The notes beneath the pieces are model-generated. The model saw only the letters and a program-made list of their open reading frames with translations, was not told the DNA's origin and made no database searches. Made by a program: the position numbers and the translations under genes. Of a stretch of DNA of 64,000 nucleotides, positions 46,368 through 55,470 are shown in pieces. The DNA lies in assembly GCA_039033355.1 (NCBI GenBank), contig JBCCCT010000001.1, positions 5,893-69,892 of the forward strand. Reading direction: 5' to 3'. The first letter of the stretch is position 1, and each line of letters starts with the position of its first letter. Source of the stretch: Pseudomonadota bacterium (GTDB taxonomy: Bacteria > Pseudomonadota > Alphaproteobacteria > Caulobacterales > Hyphomonadaceae).

Positions 46368-47627
46368 TCAGGCCGTCGCCAGCTCGTCAATTCTGTTTTC
46401 GAACTTTTCAATGTGTGCGTCGATCCAGGTTTCGGGCGTGTGGCACAGCTCTTTCGCATGTTCAAACCCGGCAACGCTCATTCGCTTGATCAGCGCATGA
46501 TCCGCTGCAAACGCCTTGATTGTAGAGGGTAATTCTTTGCTATTGCGAATGGCGAACCGCCTGCCAAATCCAAGCCGTTCAACATCATCCGCGAGCGCCG
46601 CCCGGCGCGTCACGATCACTGGCAATCCGCTAATCGCTGCTTCCAGAATGACCAGGCCAAACGGTTCATTCACACGACTGGGAACGATAAGCGCCCGGGA
46701 CTGACGCGCAATTTCGGCAATCTCGCCCGGTTGTTTCCAGCCGACAAATGTCGCGTTCGGATAGAATGCCGCCCCGTTTTGCGACAGCTCACCTTCACCA
46801 ATGACGGTTAGCGGTTCGCCAATTTCGGTTGTCGCCGCCAAAGCGAGATCAGCGCCCTTATCGCCCGAGACACGCCCAACAAAAAGGAACCCGGAATTGT
46901 TCTCCGCCTTGATCCGGTCGTGCGTCCATGGCCGGACCGGATTGGGTATTGTCTCGCCATCCGAGCGCGGAAATCCAGCCTGTTCAAAGCGCTCCTTCAT
47001 GCGATCATGAATATAGGTGAACATAAAGCGCCGGCTGCCAAACTCGGAAATGGTATTGAGATGTCTTTGCCGGGCGAACCGCCAGATCTTGTGCAAGTGA
47101 CTGCGCCGATCGCATGCGCTCATCAAACAGGCCGTCGAGCCTGGCTTAAGATCGCAGGGCAACGTTTTCCTGAAATTCATGAAAGCGCCATTTGGGCAGA
47201 CATTGAAAAAATCATGACAGGTGACGATCGTGCGCTCTGCGACGGCCTTCAAGGCGATAAAGATGGAGGGTGACAGCATTTGCGACCAATTGTGCAAATG
47301 ATAGACGGTGCCCGGCGTATCATGCGCCGCAATCCAGTCTCGCACCAGATCCAGTGCGGCGCTGTTGTGATACCCTTGTCGAAAGGCCTCTATCGCTGAG
47401 ATCTCAAGCAGTGGCTTGGAATTGAGTCCGACGACGTCGACATTCAGATTGTCCAGTTCCGGTGTGCTGGCTTCCCCCGTGAGAAAGGTCACCGGCAATC
47501 CGCGCGAGACATATTGCCGTATGCATTCAGCCGTTAGAATCCCGGCACCCCCTTCGGGTTTGGAAAAATCGTGGATGACCACGACACGTTCTATGCCACT
47601 CACGTGTGGGTCCCTTCTATGGTTCAA
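46368..47627 (-). CDS. GT4-family glycosyltransferase
   Basis: C-terminal GT-B motif PSRVNEPFGLVILEAAISGLPVIV (E-x7-E). 419 aa. Confidence 0.8.
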   Translation of the reverse strand: MNHRRDPHVSGIERVVVIHDFSKPEGGAGILTAECIRQYVSRGLPVTFLTGEASTPELDNLNVDVVGLNSKPLLEISAIEAFRQGYHNSAALDLVRDWIAAHDTPGTVYHLHNWSQMLSPSIFIALKAVAERTIVTCHDFFNVCPNGAFMNFRKTLPCDLKPGSTACLMSACDRRSHLHKIWRFARQRHLNTISEFGSRRFMFTYIHDRMKERFEQAGFPRSDGETIPNPVRPWTHDRIKAENNSGFLFVGRVSGDKGADLALAATTEIGEPLTVIGEGELSQNGAAFYPNATFVGWKQPGEIAEIARQSRALIVPSRVNEPFGLVILEAAISGLPVIVTRRAALADDVERLGFGRRFAIRNSKELPSTIKAFAADHALIKRMSVAGFEHAKELCHTPETWIDAHIEKFENRIDELATA

Positions 47628-47660
47628 TCCTGCACGAATGCCCGTTTCATGGCAGTCTAT

Positions 47661-49292
47661 TCAAAATGAATGCCGTGGCTGTTTTTGTGGCTTCTCACTC
47701 GATCGCAGCCGGAATCCGCCGACGCGTTTACGTACATCCATGACCACCATTCCGGCGCGCGAATCCATATGATGGCTGCCGATAATACCGGATTGAAAAT
47801 CGGGTTCGATCTTGCGGGTCAAGGATTCTTCATAAGCATCCATCGAGATTGTCTCAATCTTCATTGCGTTCACGCCATAACCGTACAGTCCGCGTGAATT
47901 ATCTTGAGACATCCGATAATAGGCACCATCGCTGTGGATCACGCGTCCACCATTTCGCGCGGTTCGCGTATCAAACACGACCGGGTTCAGCGGGTGCGGT
48001 GTCAGCTCCGACAATCCGGGGCCATCCACTTTATAGACGTGCAATTCCGAACTCATCTCACCAAACGGATCATTCGACATATTGGTGAAAAGCCACCAAT
48101 CATCACGGATTTTGACCAGGCTGCTATCGGCGGCGATGACATCATCAATGACGGTTTGCACCCGCTCCCACTGGTTGGGAAAGGAGGTACACTTCCAGGT
48201 TTCGATCCGTTTCTGACTGCAGACTTCCGGCATCATCAACAGCGTGCCATCATTGTCCTCGAACAAGAACGGGAATGACATGTGATAATCGGTCTGAACG
48301 GCAGGCTCGATATCGATCAGCGCGCCGTCGACGAGACGTCCGACGGCGATGTAACCAGTATCCTTCGCATAGTTGTAAACTTCGAAGAAACAAAACATCT
48401 CGCCGTCACGTTCCCATAAGAAGGGATCGGCGAAATATCCATTCGCAGTGGAATGATGCTCCTGCATGGTCGCCGGATCGACCGTGAGCATATCCGTTTT
48501 CGAGGTCTTGAGAAAAAACTCACCTGGTCGGAAATGAAGCTTGCTGGCCTGGACTTCGATGAACCTGGTTGCCGTCCGGCGTAAAAACCCGAACGCGTAG
48601 CGGGTCATGGTCCAAAGGCCTGGCCGTTTGAGCGGCATCAAATCCGCAGCGCCTTCTTCATGCGCTACGCCGGTCAGCTTGATGCGATTGAGCTCACGCA
48701 CAATCAGCGTGACGGCTTTTTCGCACATGAAGGAATGTTGCAGGCTAGCAAACAGTTTGAGATTCAAAACCGCGCCCGCAACCCGCCTGGGTAACTTTCC
48801 GCTGGCTGCCGCTCGGCAGAGTTTCACTTCATAGAATGGCGCATTATTGGCGATGGCGCGAATACTGCTGGTTCCGGTGGCAGCTGTGAGGAAATTGAGA
48901 AACCAGACACCATAGGACGACGCGGTTGGATCAAGACCTTGTCCCCGCAAGCTTGTCAGGTCGATGATCACGTCTGCACCGAGTTCGCTGATGCCGAGTT
49001 TGTCTTCGCATCTTAGAGTCGGGAGCGTTGGGTGGATCTCGTCAAAGCGCGGCGTCGCTGTCTTTATTGGTTTGGCGACGACTTTCGACTCTACTTGCCA
49101 CCACAGGCGATGCGACAGAGCCATTTTGGCGGGCCCCGGTTTTTCGTCCCGTTCAATCAGAGCGATCAAATTCAGATGATCGGTCGTGCAAATGCGTTCC
49201 GCGAGGCGCGCCATCCAGGGCTGAACTGGTTCCTCCGAATAGCACACAAGCGCAATGCTCAGACTTGCAATTTGCACGGTCCTGTTCCCCAA
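47661..49292 (-). CDS. Two-domain hypothetical protein (N-terminal alpha/beta domain plus C-terminal beta-rich, propeller-like domain)
   Basis: 543 aa with no TM helix. The C-terminal half (YFADPFLWERDGEMFCFFEVY...SFPFLFEDNDGTLLMMPE...DDWWLFTN) has the repeated aromatic/acidic beta-strand pattern seen in five-bladed propeller glycosidase/transferase-like folds. The family assignment is not secure. Confidence 0.5.
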   Translation of the reverse strand: MGNRTVQIASLSIALVCYSEEPVQPWMARLAERICTTDHLNLIALIERDEKPGPAKMALSHRLWWQVESKVVAKPIKTATPRFDEIHPTLPTLRCEDKLGISELGADVIIDLTSLRGQGLDPTASSYGVWFLNFLTAATGTSSIRAIANNAPFYEVKLCRAAASGKLPRRVAGAVLNLKLFASLQHSFMCEKAVTLIVRELNRIKLTGVAHEEGAADLMPLKRPGLWTMTRYAFGFLRRTATRFIEVQASKLHFRPGEFFLKTSKTDMLTVDPATMQEHHSTANGYFADPFLWERDGEMFCFFEVYNYAKDTGYIAVGRLVDGALIDIEPAVQTDYHMSFPFLFEDNDGTLLMMPEVCSQKRIETWKCTSFPNQWERVQTVIDDVIAADSSLVKIRDDWWLFTNMSNDPFGEMSSELHVYKVDGPGLSELTPHPLNPVVFDTRTARNGGRVIHSDGAYYRMSQDNSRGLYGYGVNAMKIETISMDAYEESLTRKIEPDFQSGIIGSHHMDSRAGMVVMDVRKRVGGFRLRSSEKPQKQPRHSF

Positions 49293-49644
49293 AAACTCTA
49301 CAAACCCAACTGGGTTTCGCGTCCCATAATCGTCGCAACGTTAGCAACCTGATCGCAAGATGCAATTTCTATTCTCAAAATCACGCGACGTTGCGCCGAT
49401 TGCGCGATTGTTGAGCCGGTCTTTCCCTTATCAGGTGCAACTTGCTCTAATACCGATAAAAACTTGGGAAGAGCTTGGCGAATTCTCTTGCTGAGGCCTG
49501 CTCAAAATCATACAAGAAAGTGGGTGATATTCGGCATCTGGATTGCACTGGGACGCGAGCATGGATCAAACATGCTCGGGACTGTGCCAATATCAACCTG
49601 GGTGAGTCGAGCGGGGTGGGTTTCCCTTCGGCGGTAGAGTTGAA

Positions 49645-50340
49645 ATGAAGGGGAAACAAATGGTTTTCAAATATGACCCTGGTGACGCGCGGGAAGAGTT
49701 CAAGACGCGCGGCTTCGTGCATCTGAAAGATCTGATGACCGATGACTTTCTGAGTCATCTCGGCGCGTTCTATCAAGAGAGTCAGGCGTCCGCTCAGAAC
49801 GAGCAGGAAGACTGGAAAATTTACGGCAAGAAGCGACAGTATCTTTTTGACTTCTCGTCGGATGAAGCTGCGATCGAGTTTCGTGATGGCATGGCGCGTC
49901 TGCTCGACTATGAACCGGACGCCTTGACGATTTCGGAACGACACCTGAAAGTCTATGATGAAGACGCGATGCCATGGCCGGCACCGCACAAGGACCGGGC
50001 CGCATCGGCGGTGTCGATTGGGTTACCCATCCATTTGCCCGAAGGCTCGACCGTTTGTGTCTTCCCGGAACTGGAATTTGGTCCCAATGAGGAAGAACGC
50101 GCGGTCTTTATGACCGACCGTGACCATCCCGACCTTGAGCATATCTATGCCAAGGAAAAAGCCGTGATGTTGCATGAGCGTGTCGGCGACCTGGTCGTGT
50201 TCCTCGGCTCTTCCATTTATCATGAGCGCGTGAAAGCTGGCGGCGCCGCCATTCTGTACGTCAAAGTGAATGACGATGGCCGCGACCCGTTGGGGGAGAA
50301 TATCTTCGGTAAAAAGCCAGATGTCGCGCCTGCCGAGTAG
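49645..50340 (+). CDS. Cupin / Fe(II)-2-oxoglutarate-oxygenase-like protein (tentative)
   Basis: A possible H-x-D...H facial triad (PHKDRA ... SSIYHERV). 231 aa, first gene of a six-gene operon. The assignment is tentative. Confidence 0.45.
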   Translation: MKGKQMVFKYDPGDAREEFKTRGFVHLKDLMTDDFLSHLGAFYQESQASAQNEQEDWKIYGKKRQYLFDFSSDEAAIEFRDGMARLLDYEPDALTISERHLKVYDEDAMPWPAPHKDRAASAVSIGLPIHLPEGSTVCVFPELEFGPNEEERAVFMTDRDHPDLEHIYAKEKAVMLHERVGDLVVFLGSSIYHERVKAGGAAILYVKVNDDGRDPLGENIFGKKPDVAPAE

Positions 50341-50373
50341 CGCAGTCTTGAAGTAGAGTAGGAAAACAAACCG

Positions 50374-51084
50374 ATGGCTGAGAAACTGAAATCAGCGGAA
50401 ATGACCCCGGGACCAGGCTTCATGATTCGAAGCGATTTTGAGCGTCCGGATCAGGCTCTGATTGATGGCTTCGCGGAGTTCGAAACAGCCGATGTTTCGG
50501 ATGCCATGAACCGGCTGTACGCGATGAGCGGCGAGATCAAGAACCTCTCAAATGACAAAGAATTATTGGGTGCGGCCTGCACGGTGAAACTCTATCCGGG
50601 CGACAATCTGATGATCCACAAGACCTTGGACATCGCCAAGCCGGGCGACGTCGTTGTGGTCGATTGCAGTGGGGCGATGACAAATGCGGTGTTCGGCGAT
50701 CTGGTTGCCAATAAGGCTACGCATCGCGGCATTGGCGGCTACATAATTGATGGCCTGATCCGCGATCTCGACGGCGTCAAAGAGACCGGATTGCCGGTCT
50801 ATGCGCGCGGTGTGACGCCATTTGGCCCCCTGCATCGCGGACCTGGCGAAGTTAATACACCGATCAGCTGCGGCGGCGTCGTGGTCAATCCGGGCGATAT
50901 TATTAAAGCGGACTCAACCGGAATTGCGGTTGTCCCGCGGGCCTATGCACAGGAAATCCTAGACCGCCTGCGCGAAAGCAAAGCCAAACAGGCAGCTTAT
51001 GTCGAAAGCGTCAAACGCGGCGATTTCTCCAATGCCTGGGTGGACGAACAATTAAGCGATACAGGTTGCTTTATCACGTCATAG
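50374..51084 (+). CDS. RraA-family protein (HMG/CHA aldolase / oxaloacetate decarboxylase-like)
   Basis: ADVSDAMNRL and GDLVANKATHRGIGGYIIDGLIRD are typical RraA-like blocks. 236 aa. Confidence 0.8.
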   Translation: MAEKLKSAEMTPGPGFMIRSDFERPDQALIDGFAEFETADVSDAMNRLYAMSGEIKNLSNDKELLGAACTVKLYPGDNLMIHKTLDIAKPGDVVVVDCSGAMTNAVFGDLVANKATHRGIGGYIIDGLIRDLDGVKETGLPVYARGVTPFGPLHRGPGEVNTPISCGGVVVNPGDIIKADSTGIAVVPRAYAQEILDRLRESKAKQAAYVESVKRGDFSNAWVDEQLSDTGCFITS

Positions 51085-51098
51085 GCACCTGACCCGCC

Positions 51099-52190
51099 TT
51101 GGAGGCGCGCATTCTGCCCCAACCGATCAACTCTCTCTGGTTACGCAACAAACGCCGCGTCCTCAGCTTTCAGGCCGGCATCGCTCGGCGGCGGTTGCGT
51201 CATGTTCGCAGCGCGTTTTATGACCGCCTGTGGCGCGACGCCGCGACCCAAGTCGATGCCACGGTTGCGTCGCGCCCGAACGGATTGCTGCAAATTTCGT
51301 CCGGATCGCGGGCGACCTTTGTCTCACAATCGGATTTAATGCTCGATAGCGACCTCATGCTGCGCTTCATGGCGAATAAGGCCCTGACTTATGAATTCAT
51401 GGCGAATAAGCGGATCCGATTGCCGAGACATGCCAAATTCGATCTTAACAGTTTAGACGTCGCGACCGATTTCCTGCGGGATCAGGATGGACCAATTGTC
51501 ATCAAACCGGCGGACGGAACCGGCGGGGGCCGCGGGGTGACGACCGGTATTACGACCGCAAACGCGCTCTTGTCCGCGGCGCGGCATGCGGCCGGGTTCA
51601 ACACGCGTCTTCTGGCCGAGGAACAGCTGACCGGCGCCTCTTACCGCTTGCTTTATATCGATGGTCAGTTCCTGGACGCGGTGCGCCGCGATTCCCCGAT
51701 CGTGATCGGCGATGGGCAAGCAACGGTTCGGGAATTGGTCAAGCGCGAGAATGTGGCGCGCCAGTCGACGGACCCGATTGCTGCGCTCAGCCCATTATTG
51801 ATCGATCAGGAGGCGCGAAACACGCTCAACGCGGCCGGCCATTCCCCCAATTATGTGCCATCCCAAGGGGAAACCGTACAGGTCAAGCTCGCCGTCAATG
51901 AGAATAGCGCAGCGCAGAACCATGTGGTTCGTGATCAGGTTCATCCTGAAATTATCGAGACCGGTGCCGATCTGGTCAGAGCCTTCGGGATCCGGTTTGC
52001 AGGTCTGGACGTGACCGCGGATGATATATCCGTATCGGTTTCGGATGAACGGGTGATCTTCAACGAGATCAACGTCAATCCAGGGATCCATCATCATTAT
52101 CTGGTCTCCGATTTGACCCAGCAAGCCGATGTGGCCCCGAAACTGCTGGACCATATGTTCCGGACCAAACAGGGGACGATTGAATTATGA
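51099..52190 (+). CDS. ATP-grasp ligase, cyanophycin-synthetase-like G-domain type (stand-alone)
   Basis: The blocks IVIKPADGTGGGRGVT, YRLLYIDGQFLDAV, GDGQATVRELV, FAGLDVTADDIS and FNEINVNPGIHHH run collinear with the CphA-type ATP-grasp domain. TTG start, 14 nt after the previous stop. Confidence 0.7.
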   Translation: MEARILPQPINSLWLRNKRRVLSFQAGIARRRLRHVRSAFYDRLWRDAATQVDATVASRPNGLLQISSGSRATFVSQSDLMLDSDLMLRFMANKALTYEFMANKRIRLPRHAKFDLNSLDVATDFLRDQDGPIVIKPADGTGGGRGVTTGITTANALLSAARHAAGFNTRLLAEEQLTGASYRLLYIDGQFLDAVRRDSPIVIGDGQATVRELVKRENVARQSTDPIAALSPLLIDQEARNTLNAAGHSPNYVPSQGETVQVKLAVNENSAAQNHVVRDQVHPEIIETGADLVRAFGIRFAGLDVTADDISVSVSDERVIFNEINVNPGIHHHYLVSDLTQQADVAPKLLDHMFRTKQGTIEL

Positions 52191-53389
52191 GTGCCTTAGA
52201 CACCTCCACGCCCGTGCTTCTTCTGGGCGGCCGAGAGAATGCGCTCGCAGTGGCCCGAAATCTCGGCCGGCTTGGTGTGACCATTTATTCGAGTGGCAAG
52301 TCGGGCAGCCGATCGATGGATTCGAAATATTGCACGCAGGCGTTCATCGTTCCGGACGAAACGGATGCCGCTGACCATTGGCGCGACCTGCTCCTGGCCC
52401 ATAAGTCCCCGCAACTGCAAGGCTGTATCATCTTTGCCTGTTGCGATGAGTCGCTGAATTTCCTGCAATCGAACCGCGATCAACTCGCCGCTCATTATAA
52501 GCTGGAAGAGTTTGTACCTGAACAGAGACGGACCATGCTCAACAAGCAGGCGACTCTGGATATCGCGGGTAAGATTGGGGTCCCGGCGCCCGCCTATTGG
52601 GAAATCAATTCGGACGAGGATGTCGAAAAAATCCGCGATGATGTCAGGCTACCTGTCATGGTCAAGCCGTTGGATTCCTTTGCTTTCGTGCACGAGTTTG
52701 GGGCCAAGCTTTTCATTGTCGATACTGACTTTGATGAGGTCGTCGAGAAAGTGAAGCTAGCCAGGTCACGTGGTCAGGACGTGATGGTCGTCGAAATGAT
52801 ACCAGGCCCGGATGATCTTCTAACCTCCTATTATACCTATCGGACCGCGGATGGCCGCCGCTTGTATGATTACACCAAGAGCGTCATTCGGCGTTGGCCG
52901 GTTAATCGTGGCGGCGCCTGTTTCCATCAGTCGGAATGGTTGCCGGAAACCGCAGAAATGGGACAGAAACTGTTTGACGGAGTCGACTGGAACGGCATTG
53001 GCAATGTCGAATTCAAGCGCGATACGCGCGACGGGCGGTTAAAAATTATCGAAGTAAATGCACGCTTCACCGCCGCGCATCGCCTGGTGACGGCGGCCGG
53101 TGCGCCGATTGACGAGATCATTTACCGGCACCTGTCAGACCAGGACATTCCGACTTTTGACTCCTATTCAAATACGTTGCGAATGATCTATCCGATCGGC
53201 GATTTCATGGCCTATCTGGAATTGCGACGGTCAAAACAACTGAGTTTTTTCGGTTGGTTGAAAACCGTCTTTGCTCAACCGGTTGTGGTTCCGGATTTCA
53301 GTTTCGGGGATCCTTATCCGGCTCTGGCGGAGTGGGGATTGATCGCGCGTCGTGGATTTGGGAAAGTCTTCGGCATCTTCCGTCGGTAA
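52187..53389 (+). CDS. ATP-grasp domain protein (carboxylate-amine ligase-like)
   Basis: A pre-ATP-grasp Rossmann-like N-terminus (PVLLLGGRENALAVARNLGRLGV), the central block PVMVKPLDS, and NVEFKRDTRDGRLKIIEVNARF. It overlaps the previous gene by 4 nt (ATGA). Confidence 0.7.
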   Translation: MSALDTSTPVLLLGGRENALAVARNLGRLGVTIYSSGKSGSRSMDSKYCTQAFIVPDETDAADHWRDLLLAHKSPQLQGCIIFACCDESLNFLQSNRDQLAAHYKLEEFVPEQRRTMLNKQATLDIAGKIGVPAPAYWEINSDEDVEKIRDDVRLPVMVKPLDSFAFVHEFGAKLFIVDTDFDEVVEKVKLARSRGQDVMVVEMIPGPDDLLTSYYTYRTADGRRLYDYTKSVIRRWPVNRGGACFHQSEWLPETAEMGQKLFDGVDWNGIGNVEFKRDTRDGRLKIIEVNARFTAAHRLVTAAGAPIDEIIYRHLSDQDIPTFDSYSNTLRMIYPIGDFMAYLELRRSKQLSFFGWLKTVFAQPVVVPDFSFGDPYPALAEWGLIARRGFGKVFGIFRR

Positions 53390-53394
53390 CGCTT

Positions 53395-54453
53395 ATGCGC
53401 ATTGAACCAGGTGATCTCACGACATTTTGCCGCCAGTTGGTGCGGGCGGCGGGGGTCGATCATGCCCAGGCAGAATCCCTGACCGACAATCTGGTCTGGT
53501 GTGATATGGCCGGGCGCCGCAATCACGGTGTTGAGAGATTGCCAATATTGCTCAAACATGTCGAAGCAAAAACGATCAAATGCCCCAGCACACCGCGACT
53601 GAAACCACTCGGAGATTCGCTCGCGCTTCTCGATGCCGATCAATCATTCGGGCATCATGCGGGCCGAATCGCCATCGATCAGGCATGCGATATCGCTGCC
53701 GCGAACGGAGTCGGGATCGTTGGTGTGACCAACAGCAATTTCTTCGGTGCCGGTGCTTATTACGCCAACCGCGCTGCGGAGCGCGGCATGATCAGCCTGG
53801 TCCTGAGCAATTCTTTCCCCAAGGTCGCGGCGCCTGGCGGTCTGCATGCCTTGCTGGGGACCAACCCGTTCACGTTCGGCGCCCCGCGCCGAGCCGGTCG
53901 CGCCTTATTGGTGGATATGTCGACCGCCTCCGTCGCTGGATCGACCGTGCGCGAAAAGGCTCAAAAAGGTGAGCGTTTCCCGGAAGGAGTGGCGATTGAT
54001 GAGTGGGGCAACCCCATCCATGATCCCAACCAGGTATTGAAGGGAACATTGCTGTCCGCCGCCGGTCCGAAAGGGTTTGGCATTGCTTTGCTTGTCGAGA
54101 TATTGAGCGCCGCCCTGACAGGCGCCGCAATGTCTCAACAGGTTGGATCCATGTATAAGAATTTTGATCGGCCGGGCGCCAATGGGCATTTCATGATGGC
54201 GCTTGACGTTTCGCGCTGGATGCCGGTTGAGGATTTCTTCGATCGCATGAACCTGCTGGTGCAATTTGCTGACGCATCTGCCGCGGATGGCGCGGTCCGA
54301 ATGCCGGGCGATGCCCGCTGGATCGCTTATCGAGACAGTTTGGAAAACGGCATCGCGCTGGAGCCGGCCACCATGGCAAACGTCGGCGATCTGGCGCACA
54401 AATATGGGCTTACGGCGCCGTGGGAGTCCGCCAACCGTCCGGTTCACAAATGA
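53395..54453 (+). CDS. Ldh_2-family (malate/L-lactate dehydrogenase type 2) NAD(P)H oxidoreductase
   Basis: The blocks GRRNHGVERLP, SFGHHAG, GVTNSNFFGAGAYY, NPFTFGAP and KGFGIALLVEILS are typical of Ldh_2. ATG at 53395 lies 5 nt after the previous stop; the track ORF from 53254 overlaps the previous gene. Confidence 0.8.
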   Translation: MRIEPGDLTTFCRQLVRAAGVDHAQAESLTDNLVWCDMAGRRNHGVERLPILLKHVEAKTIKCPSTPRLKPLGDSLALLDADQSFGHHAGRIAIDQACDIAAANGVGIVGVTNSNFFGAGAYYANRAAERGMISLVLSNSFPKVAAPGGLHALLGTNPFTFGAPRRAGRALLVDMSTASVAGSTVREKAQKGERFPEGVAIDEWGNPIHDPNQVLKGTLLSAAGPKGFGIALLVEILSAALTGAAMSQQVGSMYKNFDRPGANGHFMMALDVSRWMPVEDFFDRMNLLVQFADASAADGAVRMPGDARWIAYRDSLENGIALEPATMANVGDLAHKYGLTAPWESANRPVHK

Positions 54454-55457
54454 GCCAGACGCCAACCTCTCCGTCCCGGTTGGCGCATATCGATGCCGCC
54501 AAGGGCGTGAGCATCTTTCTGGTCGTCTATTGGCACGCCGTAGATGCAAGGCTGATCTTCAATGAAGCCTTGTGGATGCTGCGCATGCCGCTCTTCTTCT
54601 TCGTGTCGGGCCTGTTCGCCGCCAAGGCGCTGGACCTGGATTGGCGCGCATTTCTGACCCAAAAGGTCGGCAATATTCTCTACCTCTACGTGTTCTGGAC
54701 CTTCCTCGTTTTTGCCTCGACCATTCTCGTGGCGCAGGTCTTCGGACCTGATCCGATCAATTGGCAACAACCTTTCATGCTATTTGTCGAACCGCCACGA
54801 ACGCTTTGGTTCATGTACGCACTGGCTGTCTCCTTCGCTCTGGCAAAACTGCTAAAACCACTGCCGCCTCTCTTCGTGTTCGCAGCGCTGTTCGCGCTCT
54901 ACAGTTGGAGTATTTCGGGAGGGGACTGGCGTACCGTGCCCTTTTTCGAAAAGGTCATACGCTTGTTCCCGTTCTTCTACCTCGCTATGTGGATCAAGCA
55001 GCCTTTCCTGGAGTGTGTGGAGCGACACCATAAATTCGGATGGCTGGCCCTCATCCTGTTTACCGCCAGCGCCTTGGCCCTGTTTCTGAGCCCGGTCGCG
55101 AATTGGGGCATCCTCACTTTCGCCGTCGGCCTCACTGGCGTGTTCGGGGTGACAATGAGCTTTCGATCCGCGCCGAACAATCGATTCACGTCGCTGATGG
55201 CGAACATCGGCAACCGCTCCCTGCTGGTCTATGTCATGCACCGCATTCCACTATTCTACATGGAAAATGCGATGGAGGTGCTCGATGTGCCGGTGAATGC
55301 GACCACGATGTCCATCGCTGCGGTGATTGCCACCTGGCTCTGTCTGGTGATCGGCGAGCGACTGTTGCTGCCGCTCTTCTACTGGCTGTTTGATGCGCCC
55401 TGGTTGGGTCCAAAGGCGCGGCTCGGCGAACGCCTGTCCAATTATAGGACAGGCTAA
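54450..55457 (+). CDS. Acyltransferase family 3 membrane protein (second copy)
   Basis: HIDAAKGVSIFLVVYWH followed by about 10 TM helices. ATG at 54450 overlaps the Ldh_2 stop (ATGA). Confidence 0.75.
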   Translation: MSQTPTSPSRLAHIDAAKGVSIFLVVYWHAVDARLIFNEALWMLRMPLFFFVSGLFAAKALDLDWRAFLTQKVGNILYLYVFWTFLVFASTILVAQVFGPDPINWQQPFMLFVEPPRTLWFMYALAVSFALAKLLKPLPPLFVFAALFALYSWSISGGDWRTVPFFEKVIRLFPFFYLAMWIKQPFLECVERHHKFGWLALILFTASALALFLSPVANWGILTFAVGLTGVFGVTMSFRSAPNNRFTSLMANIGNRSLLVYVMHRIPLFYMENAMEVLDVPVNATTMSIAAVIATWLCLVIGERLLLPLFYWLFDAPWLGPKARLGERLSNYRTG

Positions 55458-55470
55458 ACGCTGAGTCCGC

